Shown: positions 31,773-46,100 of the stretch, in pieces
Position numbering within the stretch: position 1 is the first letter of the stretch
Layout: the number at the start of each line of letters is the position of its first letter
Source: the human T2T-CHM13v2.0 reference genome, Homo sapiens
Length of the DNA: 64,000 bases
Assembly: GCF_009914755.1 (NCBI RefSeq)
Contig: NC_060930.1
Strand: one strand, 5' to 3'
Made by a program: the position numbers and the translations under genes
Notes under the pieces: generated by a model
Seen by the model: the letters and a program-made list of their open reading frames with translations, nothing else
The model's database searches: none
What the model was told of the DNA's origin: nothing

Positions 31773-32718
31773 AGGGTGTCCAGGGCAAGCGCCAGCTTGT
31801 GTCATCACCCTCACTGAGCCCCGGGTATGTTTAACTATTGAGGGCCAGGAAATTGACTTCCTCCTGGACACTGGCGTGGCCTTCTCAGTGTTAATCTCCT
31901 GTCCTGAATGACTGTCCTCAAGGTCCATTACCATCCGAGGAATCCTGGGACAGCCTGTAACCAGGTATTTCTCCCACCTTCTCAGTTGTAACTGGGAGAC
32001 TTTGCTCTTTTCACATGCCTTTCTTGTTATGCCTGAAAGTCCCACATCCTTATTAGGGAGGGATATATTAGCCAAGGCTGGAGCTATTATCTACATGAAT
32101 ATGGGGAACAAGTTACCCATTTGTTGTCCCCTACTTGAGGAGGGAATCAACCCTGATGTCTGGGCATTGGAAGGACAATTTGGAAGGGCAAAAAATGCCT
32201 GCCTAGTCCAAATCAGGTTAAAAGATCCCACCACTTTTCTTTCTCATAGGCAATATCCCTTAAGGCCTGAAGCTCATAAAGGATTACAGAATATTGTTAA
32301 ACATTTAAATGCTCAAGGTTTAGTAAGGAAATGCAGCAGTCCATGCAACACCCCAATTCTAGGAGTATAAAAACCAAATGGTCAGTGGAGACTAGTGCAA
32401 GATCTTAGACTCATCAATGAGGCAGTAATTCCTCTGTATCCAGTTGTACCAAACCCCTATAACCTGCCCTCTCAAATACCAGAGGAAGCAGAATGGTTCA
32501 CAGTTCTGGACCTCAAGGATGCCTTCTTCTGTATTCCCCTGCACTCTGACTCCCAGTTCCTCTTTGCCTTTGAGGATCTCACAGACCACATATCCCAACT
32601 TATGTGGACGGTCTTGCCCCAAGGATTTAGGGATAGCCCTCATCTATTTGGTCAGGCACTGGCCCAAGATTTAGGCCACTTCTCAAGTCCAGGCATTCTG
32701 GTCCTTCAACATGTGGAT
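31773..32718 (+). pseudogene. pol: HERV9 protease and N-terminal reverse transcriptase (truncated)
   Basis: LLDTG (31861), LLGRD, QDLR, DLKDAFF, LPQGFRDSP; ends at the HVD remnant of the YXDD motif. Confidence 0.92.
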
Positions 32719-32736
32719 CTTCAACCCATATCTGCC

Positions 32737-33350
32737 TCTCAGACAGTTTGCAAAAAATAACAAAATCTATCCTTACTCTACAATCCCAAATAGAGTCTTT
32801 GGCAGCAGTGACTCTCCAAAACTGCCAAGGCCTAGACCTCCTCAAAGCTGAGAAAGGAGGACTCTGCACCTTCTTAGGGGAAGAGTGTTGTTTTTACACT
32901 AACCAGTCAGGGATAGTATGAGATGCCATCTGGCATTTACAGGAAAAGGCTTCTGAAATCAGGCAAATTTCAATTTCTTGCCTTTCAAATTCTTATACCA
33001 ACCTCTGGAGTTGGGCAACGTGGCTTCTCCCCTTTCTAGTTCTGTGGCAGCCATCTTGCTGTTACTTGCATTTGGACCCTGTATTTTTAACCTTCTTGTC
33101 AAATTTGTTTCCTCTAGAATCGAGGCCATCAAGCTACAGATGGTCTTACAAATGGAACCCCAAATGAGTTCAACTAACAAGTTATACCGAGGACCCCTGG
33201 ACCGACCCACTGGCACTTTTACTGGCCTAGAGAGCTATCCTCTGGAGGACACTACAACTGCAGGACCCCTTCATCGCCCCATCCAGCAGGAAGTAGCTAG
33301 AGCGGTCATCAGCCAAATTCCCAACAGCAGTTGGGGTGTCCTGTTTAGAC
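32737..33350 (+). pseudogene. env: HERV9 env transmembrane-subunit remnant
   Basis: Immunosuppressive-domain-like LQNCQGLDLL, CX6CC motif (CTFLGEECC), FGPCIFNLLVKFVSSRIEAIKLQ. Confidence 0.9.
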
Positions 33351-33357
33351 ATGGGAT

Positions 33358-34000
33358 TGAGAGGTGACAGCGTGCTGGCAGCCCTCACAGCCCTCGCTCA
33401 CTCTTGGTGCCTCCTCAGCCTCAGCGTCCACTCTGGCCATGCTTGGGGAGTCTTTCAGCCCACCACTGCACTGTGGGGGACCCTCTCTGGGCTGGTTGAG
33501 GCTGAAGACAGCTCCCTCAGCTTGCTGGGAGGTGTGGAGGGAGAGGCATAGGCAGGAACCAGGGCTGCACGTGGTGCTTATGGGTCAGCTAGAGTTCTGG
33601 ATAGGCGTGGGCTTGGTGGGCCCCTCTCTTGGGGTGAACCCATTTCAGAGCACCCTGCCCTTCACAAAGAAAAGAGAACTCTCCCCGGGGCTCCAGCTGG
33701 CTTCTCCGGGATCAGTCACGTTACCACACTGTGGAAGCTTTGTTCTTTCACTCTTTGCAATAAATCTTGCTGCTGCTCACTCTTTGGGTCCACACTGCCT
33801 TTATGAGCTGTAACACTCACTGTGAAGTCTGCAGCTTCACTCCTGAAGCCAGCAAGACCATGAAACCACTGAACACATCTGAACATCAGAAGGAACAAAC
33901 TCCGGACACACCACCTCTAAGAACTGTAACACTCACCGCGAGGGTCCGCAGCTTCATTCTTGAAGTCAGTGAGACCAAGAACTCACCAATTCCAGACAAA
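33358..34000 (+). mobile_element. 3' LTR12 with ~1.04 kb replaced by a 28S rRNA fragment
   Basis: Colinear with the 5' LTR up to 33623 and again from 33724. Confidence 0.93.
33618..33731 (-). rRNA. 28S rRNA fragment (non-functional captured copy)
   Basis: Minus strand reads GGTAACGTGACTGATCCCGGAGAAGCCAGCTGGAGCCCCGGGGAGAGTTCTCTTTTCTTTGTGAAGGGCAGGG...ATGGGTTCACCCCAAGAGAGGGGCCC. This matches recalled mammalian 28S, with differences mostly at CpGs. Confidence 0.9.
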
Positions 34001-34396
34001 ATACTATTCATTAATTGATCCATTAATCATCCCAAAGTCCTTTCAGTTGTTGTGAGTACTATTTTACTGATAAAATTGAAAGAATTAGAAGAGAAATTCC
34101 AGATCCCTAGCTGCATCTACATACACATGCTCTGCCTTCTTTTTTGTTGCTAAAAATGAACTACCCCTGCAACCATCTAAACCAGGTCATCCACGTGAGC
34201 ACTGGATTCCATCCCTTCTTTCCTAGTCAAAGATATTATTATAGCAATTCTCTTCCGTCTCTCCTATGTCAACATGTATTTACTAGTTTATTAGCATACA
34301 AATGTATAAGTATTCCTTCCACATTACAAAATAACGAGCAAATTTTCCTTCCTCTCATTGCCTGCTTCCTTTTTCTCACTCTGCTGCTTTGCTTTC

Positions 34397-35648
34397 TGTA
34401 TAATAGGAAGAAAAAAGAAAACTTCTACTATACTATCAATGCTCTCCATACTTCACTTCTGACACCAGACATGTGTGATTTTTCCCCATGCATCAATCCA
34501 ATTCAGCAGAAAAAAAAAAACTGGGTTTCCTGTAAGCTAACTAAATTCTGACATTATCTGGAGATGGCATCAGATCCCACACGTTAAGTGGTCAGTCCCA
34601 CAAGACTGTCCTCCACTTCAGACATCAGTTGCAAGCAGTAGGTCCACAGATTCTGTACAACTTTTGGCCAAGTTGGCTACAAACCAGAGGTTCTTAGATA
34701 CTCCCTTCTTGAGTTCAGTCATTTGCTAGAGTGGCTCACAGAATTTAGGGAAAACATTTACTTAATAGATCAGCAGTTCATTAAAAAGGATATAAATTAG
34801 GAACAGCCAGATGGAAAAGATGCATAAGACAAGGTCCGAGGAAAGGGGCACAGCACTCTGTGCCCTTTCTGAGTGCACCACTCTCCAGGAACTGCCTCCC
34901 CAACCATGTCCAGCAATCTGGAAGCACTCTAAACCCAGTAGGTTAGGGATTTTTATGGAGGCTTCATCACATAGGCACAATTAAGCTGAAGAGGAGACTC
35001 CTGCTCTTCTCTCCTTCCCAGAGGATGGCAATGATGCTGACAGTTCCAGGCATCTAATCATGGCCTGGTCTTTCTTGTGACCAGCTCAAATCCAGAAGCC
35101 CATGAAGGGTCACCTCATTAGAAAAAAAGTAATACACTTCTATTGATATGGTTTGGATATGTGTCCCCTCTAAATTTCATGTTGAAATATAATCCCCAGT
35201 ATTGAAGGTGGTGCCTGGTGGAAGGTGATTGGGTCATGGAGGCAGATCCCTCATGGCTTAATGTTGTCCTTGTGATAGTGAGTGAGCTCCCATGTGATCT
35301 GGTTGTTTAAAGTGTGTGGCTTCTCCCCCACTCTCTCTCTCTTGCTCCTTCTTTCACCATGTGACATTCAAGCTCCTGCCTTGCCTTCAACCATGAGTAA
35401 ACACTCCCTGAGGCCTCTCCAGAAGCCAAGCAGATGCTTGCACCGTGCTTGTACAGCATGCAGAACCTTCAGCCAATTAAATCTCTTTTCTTTATAAATT
35501 ACCCAGTCATAGGTATTTCTTTATAGCAATGCAAGAATGGCCTAACACAGCTATCACCCAGGAAATTCCAAGGGATTAAGAGCTCTGTTTCAGGAACTAG
35601 GAATGAAGATCAATATGTGTACTTCTTATTTTAAAGTACAATATCACA
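34397..35648 (-). mobile_element. MER21-family LTR, interrupted by an MST LTR
   Basis: CAGATCCCACA...CCCACAAGACTG, ends CAATATCACA; ctttc duplicated at both flanks. Confidence 0.8.
35144..35549 (+). mobile_element. MSTA/MSTB MaLR solo LTR
   Basis: TGATATGGTTTGGAT...GGCCTAACACA; TSD (t/g)ctat. Confidence 0.9.
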
Positions 35649-35748
35649 CTTTCCTGGCACATAATGTCTTGAAAGCATTGTGTTCACCCACTGTCTCCAA
35701 TTATTCTCTTCCTATCCTCTCTTAAACCCACTCCACTGTGTCTGTGTC

Positions 35749-36050
35749 TTTTTTTCTTTTTTTTTTTTTTTGAGATGAAGTCTCACTCTGTCACCCAGGC
35801 TGCAGTGCAGTGGTGCGATCTCAGCTCACTGCAACCTCTGCACCCCAAGTTCAAGCAATTCACTGCCTCAGCCTCCCAAGTAGCTGGGATTACAGGTGAA
35901 TGCCACCAAGCCTGGATAATTTTTGTATCTTCAGTAGAGACGGGGTTTCACCATCTTGGCCAGGCTGGTCTTGAACTTCTGATCTCATGATCCACCCACC
36001 TCAACCTCCCAAAGGGCTGGGATTACAAGCATTAGCCACTGCGTCCGGCC
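35749..36050 (-). mobile_element. AluS
   Basis: Full dimer; TSD tccactgtgtct. Confidence 0.93.
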
Positions 36051-36619
36051 TCCACTGTGTCTTTTACGGTGAACTTCACCAAATTTACTCCTCTCTAGGT
36101 CACCAGTGACATCCACATTGCCCATTTTTGTTTCTCAGTCCTCATGCTCCTTGGCCTCTGGGCAGCATCTGACATGGGTGAGCACTCTTCCTCCTCTATA
36201 CACTTGGCCAAGCTTCTCCTCCAGTGGAAGAGTCCCCCCTTCTCTGCAACACTTAATCCAGGAAACCCCTTGGCTCTGCCTTTAAAATATATCTAGGATC
36301 TGACCACACTCACCATGTCCACTACTAATACCTGGAGTCACCATCATCTCTCTCTAGATTATTGTGTTGACGTCCTAACTAGCCTTTCTGTTTCCACCCT
36401 ACCACATTAGAATCTCTTCAACACATCACCCAAAGCAATTCCTTTAACATTTAAGTCAGATGATGTCTTTCCGCTCATGATCTTCCAAAGGTTTTCCATC
36501 TACAAGGACTTGCAGGATGTGATTGCCAATTCTTTCCCCTGAAACCCTCTTCTCATGGTTCTGCTCCAGAACATGAGTCATGTTAATTTTCTCAAACATG
36601 CTCCCAGGAGGCTCCTTCT

Positions 36620-36831
36620 CACCTGTGGTGCCACCGTGTGTTATTGCTCACTTCTGCCCCCAAGTCTTCTGTGAATATATCTGCATGGAGAAACAGAAAC
36701 ACACGTAGAACCCCAGCTGCAAGGGAATCTTAATGTTTAATTTGTAGCTGGCCAGCTTCTGAAATGTAGGGAGGCCATCTAGAAGGGGAAAGAAATGGTG
36801 CAGAGTAGGCCAATCTGATTGATATGCCACA
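36620..36831 (-). mobile_element. Ancient ERVL/MaLR LTR fragment (LTR33-like)
   Basis: cccagctgcaagggaatct...atgccaca. Confidence 0.4.
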
Positions 36832-37272
36832 GGAATCGTATGATAACTAGAGTTTCATGAGAAAGAAAGTTAGTGGAAATTAATCATAATTTACTTCACA
36901 TTAACACAAGAAAACAGAGAGGCTGCCTTTGGACACAAAAAATCAATAAAATAGCATGCATATATTACAAACAATAAAAATAAGTTTTACCTTTCTGTAT
37001 TAAGACTTTTTTTCTGTAAGCAACATTTCCAGATTGCTTTCAGGTAACAAATAAAATAGATCATTCCACATAAACTGGCTGTTCATTAATTATACATCAA
37101 AAATTTGAATAGTATAATGGATACATCTGTGAGTTATATATGTGAAATGCTAAACTTACTAGGTCCTTTATATATATGTACACTGCTCTTTCATCATTCT
37201 CAAAGGTGATTTCTTATTTCAAAATCGCACAAAATTGCAAGAACTTTCTCTGAAGAAAAAAGTTGTGCTTAC

Positions 37273-38009
37273 CTCAGGGTGTGTAACAAAGAGATTCGTA
37301 ATGACTGGCTCCATGCTACATGCACAACCATAGGTAAATTCTAAGAACTTGGTATCTCTATTCATAAGATTATTCTGATTCACATTTAAATGGAAAGTAT
37401 ATGGTTGTTCACAAAAAGGTGCTTGTTTTTCTTAAGCCTTCTTAAGCAAGAAAAGCAAGGTGTGCTTTTCTTACACTTATTGAATGGAAGTGGGCAAAGT
37501 ATTTTGTATTTTATTCATTTCCTCATGGCGGGTTTTATAGTTCAATAATTCCAAGATCCAACAGTAACATCAAAACACTGACTTGATATTACTTTCTGCT
37601 ATTACTGCATTTCTTCCACACCACCACACCAGTCTTCCTGGATTCCATTCAATCACTGATGAGACTGCCAACACAGCTCAAAAATGTTTTGCCATTGGAT
37701 CATTTCCAGGACTGTTGTGGTACTTTCCTTGGAAATAGGTTTGTTTCTCTGTCTAATATTTCTCACACATTTCAGATATCATAATTCACAATACTTTACC
37801 TCCAAGTCATTTCAAACATTCCTTTTTCTGGGACCAGCAAAAAAAATGTAACTAATTTCTCCATCATTTTCTATAGGATAGGCTTGCTGCCTTTTTTGCT
37901 GTCCTTTCTTCCTAAATGCTATTTTACTTTATTTTGATAACTTTGTAGCTTCTTACTTTTATAATTTTATTGCTTCTTTATAGTTCATTGAATGAATAAA
38001 TATTGATAT
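37273..38009 (-). pseudogene. Possible fossil pogo/Tc2-type transposase coding remnant
   Basis: Hand translation gives FAGPRK..., VRNIRQRNKPISKE...VLEMIQ and QNTLP...EK, resembling the POGK/CENP-B-type HTH region; many stops. Confidence 0.3.
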
Positions 38010-38339
38010 CTATAATGGAGAAACTGAAGTAGATTGCTTCAATGGCTTCATTGAAGAAGAGAGCCTCTAATAAAAATGATAAATTTTTAATCCCAGGATT
38101 AGCTTCAGTCTAACAAGTAATGTTCCAAGGAGTTTTCTCTACTTTGTCACCTTTTGACAATAGCTGCTGATTGTTAAAGAAAGCAATTGGCAAATACTTA
38201 TTATGCATTTACTAAATAACAAAAATATTTTGGATAATAAGAGATGCAAATAACAGTCATAATTTTTGTTGCAAATTATAAATTTATAAAACATTAAATT
38301 ATGCCTTTATATCTTAGTGCTAATTAAAAGTAGAACAAC

Positions 38340-39885
38340 TAAAAGGAATGATATACAATGACCAAGTAAGATTTATCTTAGATAGGCATAGCTAGTTCAG
38401 CTTTCAAAAATCAATCACATCAACAGCCTAAAGGAGAAAAATCATATGATCATACCAACTGATGTGGAAAATGCATTTCAAAAAAATTCATCACCCATTC
38501 ACAACACACACTCTCAGCAAGCTCAAAATGAGGGAGAATTACTTCAACTTAATGAAGAACATCTATAGAAACTATACAGTTTTTAATATATTATGCTTAT
38601 TGGGAGAAACTGGATACTGTCTTATTAAGGTTAAGAAGAAGTCAAGGATGTCTTCTCTCATCATTCCTATTCAACATTGTACTGAAAGTCCTGGCTAGTA
38701 TGATAAGATGAGAAAAGGAAATAAAATGAACACAAATTAGGAAGAAAGAAATAAAACTTCCTTTTCACAGATTACATGGTTGTCTGCATAGAAAATCCCA
38801 AAGGATTGACAGGAAAATTCTTGGAATTAATATGCAATTATAGCAAGGTTGTAGGATACAAAGTTCATATACAAAAGTCTATTGCTTCCCTACATACTAG
38901 AAATGAACAATTAGAATTTGAAATTGAAAATACAATATCATTTACAATAGCACCCCAAAAATGAATACATCAAAATATAACCAGCAAAATGTTCAGGCTT
39001 TTCATGTTGAAAAGTGCAAAACTCTGATGAAGAAAATCAAAGATATCTAAACAAATGCTGAGATATTTCATAGTCATTTATTAGAAAACTTAATATTTTA
39101 AGATGTCAATTTCTTCCCAATTTGACCTATAGATTCAAAGAAATCCCAATCAATACCCCAAGTAGCAATTTTGTGCATATTGGCAAACTGATTCTAAAGT
39201 TATGCAGAAAGACAAAAGATCTCAAATAACTAACACACTCCTGAAGAAGAACAAAGTTGCAGGACCGACCCTTCTCAACTTCAAGACTTCCTAAGCTACC
39301 ATAGTCAGAACAGTCTGGTACTGGTGAAAAAATAGGTACATATTAATAAATCACTGAAAAAGAATAGAAAGCCCGGTAACAGATCCACACATGTAGAGCC
39401 AACTGGTCTTTCACAAAAGAGTAAAGGCAATTCAAAGAATCATCTTTTCAACAAATGAAGTTGGAACAAAGAAATTTTAGATGCAATACAAAAGTATCAT
39501 CTGTAAAAGAAAAATGCGGGACTCTATTAAAATTAAAAACATCTTCTTTGTGAAAGACAGAAGAAAATGAAAAGGCAAGCCCCAGTCTGAGTGATAATAT
39601 TGGCAAACCCATATCTGATAAAGGACTGCAAACTAAAATATACAAAGTACCCTTAAAACTAACATGCAATTATAGCAACATTAAAAAACAAACAACCAGT
39701 TAAAAAGCAAGCAAAAGATCTGAATAGACACTTCAATAATGAAGATATACAGATAGCAAATAAGTGTATAAAAAGATGTTCAACATCAGTTATCATTAGA
39801 GAATTGCAAATTAAAACGATGATATAACACTACATTTCTATTATTAGAATGGCTAAAGTTCAAAAACCTGACACTACTAAAAGCA
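38340..39885 (+). mobile_element. Old L1M (L1MC/MD-type) ORF2 fragment
   Basis: RT-region remnants (MVVCIENPK..YSKVVGYKVHIQKS). Confidence 0.85.
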
Positions 39886-40074
39886 GAAAGTTATATATTG
39901 TGAGAAATTAGAGACAAATTTCTTACAATTCCCTCTTCCAATAAGTAATCTTTAAGAAGGGGCTGAAGAAGGAACTTATTGATAAAGACTACTTTCCTTG
40001 AAATGCTTTAGAAAATCTTTTCTATCTAGGGAACAAAAGTAGATGTGGAATGACTTTGTTATAATGCTGGGTAG

Positions 40075-40106
40075 AGAACACACACATACACACACAAACA
40101 CACACA
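40075..40106. repeat. Imperfect (CA)n microsatellite
   Basis: Direct reading. Confidence 0.85.
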
Positions 40107-41693
40107 GTCTCTGCATGTCTAATGTGGAAAATAGGATTTAAGCAACATCTTATAGGTAAAAGTGGCAAATAAACAGATACGGCTGAGCTATGAGAAACAA
40201 AAAATTATCAGGCCTCCTAAAGCCAAAACTCTCAGAAGACAACATGGCCAGCCATTCAGAATATAAAATGTGACAATGTGCATTATATGGTTATGTGACA
40301 TGGACAAAGTATCATAAAATCATTTACAGTTCTCCTCTTTTCTTCCTTCTAAGGTATCATCTTCATTCACACTGTCTGGGCCCTTTATTTTCTTAATTAG
40401 GCTGAGGAGTAGAGAAAATTGGAATATAAATTTAGTAAGTAGCTTTATATGTTAAAAAGACATGGAACACTAGATAATAATATTATTAAGAATTTCTACT
40501 CATCAGAAAAATACTAAGAGTAAAAAGGAAGCACATGGAGTAGAAAAAGGTATTAATAACACATATATGCAAAAAATTCTATCCTGAATATGTAAAAACT
40601 CCCATGAATCAACAGGAAAGGACACACAAAGCCAGCAAAAATTGGGTAAAAATTTCTGAACAAGGGTGGAGCCAAGATGGCCAAATAGGAACAGCTCCAG
40701 TCTACAGCTCCCAGTGTGAGCGACACGGAAGATGGGTGATTTCTGCATTTCCAACTGAGGTACTGGGTTCATCTCACTGGGGAGTGTCAGACAGTGGGTG
40801 CAGGACAGTGGGTGCAGCCCACCAAGCATGAGCCAAAGCAGGGTGAGGCATCGCCTCACCCAGGAAGCACAAGTGGTCAGGGAATTCCCTTTCCTAGTCA
40901 AAGAAAGGGGTGACAGACAGCACCTGGAAAATTGAGTCACTCCCACCCTAATACTGCAATTTTCCAATGGTCTTAGCAAATGGCACACCAGGAGATTATA
41001 TCCCACACCTGGCTCAGAGGGTCTTATGCCCAAGGAGCTTCACTGATTGCTAGCACAGCAGTCTGAGATCAAACTACAAGGTGGCAGCAAGGCTGGGGGA
41101 GGGGTGCCCGCCATTGCCGAGGCTTGAGTAGGTAAACAAAGCAGCCGGGAAGCTAGAACTGGCTGGAGCCCACCGTAGCCCAAGGAGGCCTGCCTGCCTA
41201 CCTCTGTAGACTCCACCACTGGGGGCAGGGCATAGCCAAACAAAAGGCAGCAGAAAACGCTGCAGACTTAGATGTCCCTGTCTGACAGCTTTGAAGAGAG
41301 TAGTGGTTCTCCCAGCACACAGCTGAAGATCTGAGAATGGACATACTGCCTCCTCAAGTGGGTCCCTGACCCCCGAGTAGTCTAACAGGGAGGCAGCCCC
41401 CAGTAGGGGCAGACTGACACCTCACACAGTCTGGTACTCCTCTGAGACAAAACTTCCAGAGGAATGATCAGAGAGCAACATTTGCTGTTCACCAATATCT
41501 GCTGTTCTGCAGCCTCTGCTGCTGATACTCAGGCAAACAGGGTCTGGAGTGGACCTCTAGCAAACTCCAACAGACCTGCAGCTGAGGGTCTTGACTGTTA
41601 GAAGGAAAACTAATGAACAGAAAGGACATCCACACCAAAACCCCATCTGTACATCACCATCATCAAAGACCAAAGGTAGATAAAACCACAAAG

Positions 41694-42705
41694 ATGGGGA
41701 AAAAACAGAGCAGAAAAACTGAAAACTCCAAAATTCAGAGTGCCTCTCCTCCTCCAAAGGAATGCAGCTCCTCACCAGCAATGGAACAAAGCTGGACAGA
41801 GAATGACTTTGACGAGTTGAGAGAAGAAGTCTTCAGATGATCAAACTAGTCCGAGCTAAAGAAGGAGTTTCAAACCCATGGCAAAGAAGTTAAAAACCTT
41901 GAAAAAAAATTAGATGAATGGCTAACTAGAATAACCAATGCAGAGAAGTCCTTAAAGGACCTAAAGGAGCTGAAAACCAAGGCACGAGAACTACATGACA
42001 AATGCACAAGCCTCAGTAGTCAATTCGATCAACTGGAAGAAAGGATATCAGTGATGGAAGATCAAATGAATGAAATGAAGCTAGAAGAGAAGTTTAGAGA
42101 AAAAAGAATAAAAAAAATGAACAAAACCTCCAAGAAATATGGGACTATGTGAAAAGACCAAATCTACGTCTGATTGGTGTACCTGAAAGTGATGGGGAGA
42201 ATGGAACCAAGTTGGAAAACACTCTGCAGGATATCATCCAGGAGAACTTCCCCAATCTAACAAGGCAGGCCAATATTCAAATTCAGGAAATACAGAGAAG
42301 GCCACAAAGATACTCCTCGAGAAGAGCAACTCCAAGACACATAATTGTCAGATTCACCAAAGTTGAAATGAAGGAAAAAATGTTAAGGGCAGCCAGAGAG
42401 AAAAGTCGGGTTACCCACAAAGGGAAGCCCATCAGACTAACAGCGGATCTCTCGGCAGAAACTCTACAAGCCAGAAGAGACTGGAGGCCAGTATTCAACA
42501 TTCTTAAAAGAATTTTCAACCCAGAATTTCATATCCAGCCAAACTAAGCTTCATAAGTGAAGGAGAAATAAAATACTTTACAGACAAGCAAATGCTGACA
42601 GGTTTTGCCACCACCAGGCCTGCCTTACAGGAGCTCCTGAAGGAAGCACTAAACATGGAAAGGAACAACCAGTACCAGCCACTGCAAAATCATGCAAAAT
42701 TGTAA
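41694..42705 (+). pseudogene. ORF1: L1 ORF1, disrupted
   Basis: MGKKQSRK start, stop at ~41840, piece 42149-42547. Confidence 0.92.
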
Positions 42706-42768
42706 AGACCATTGAGGCTAGGAAGAAACTGCATCAACTAACGAGCAAAATAACCAGCTAACATCATA

Positions 42769-46100
<3,332 letters not shown>

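Larger units (their letters stand above)
27478..34000 (+). mobile_element. HERV9 (ERV9) provirus with LTR12D-like LTRs, internally deleted
   Basis: Two LTRs, PBS, gag/pro/pol/env remnants, 4-bp TSD ATAC at 27474-27477 and 34001-34004. Confidence 0.96.
34130..36610 (+). mobile_element. L2 fragments interrupted by MER21, MST and Alu
   Basis: tccacgtgagcactggattccatccc, caccagtgacatccacattgcc, ctctgcctttaaaatatatc. Confidence 0.65.
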
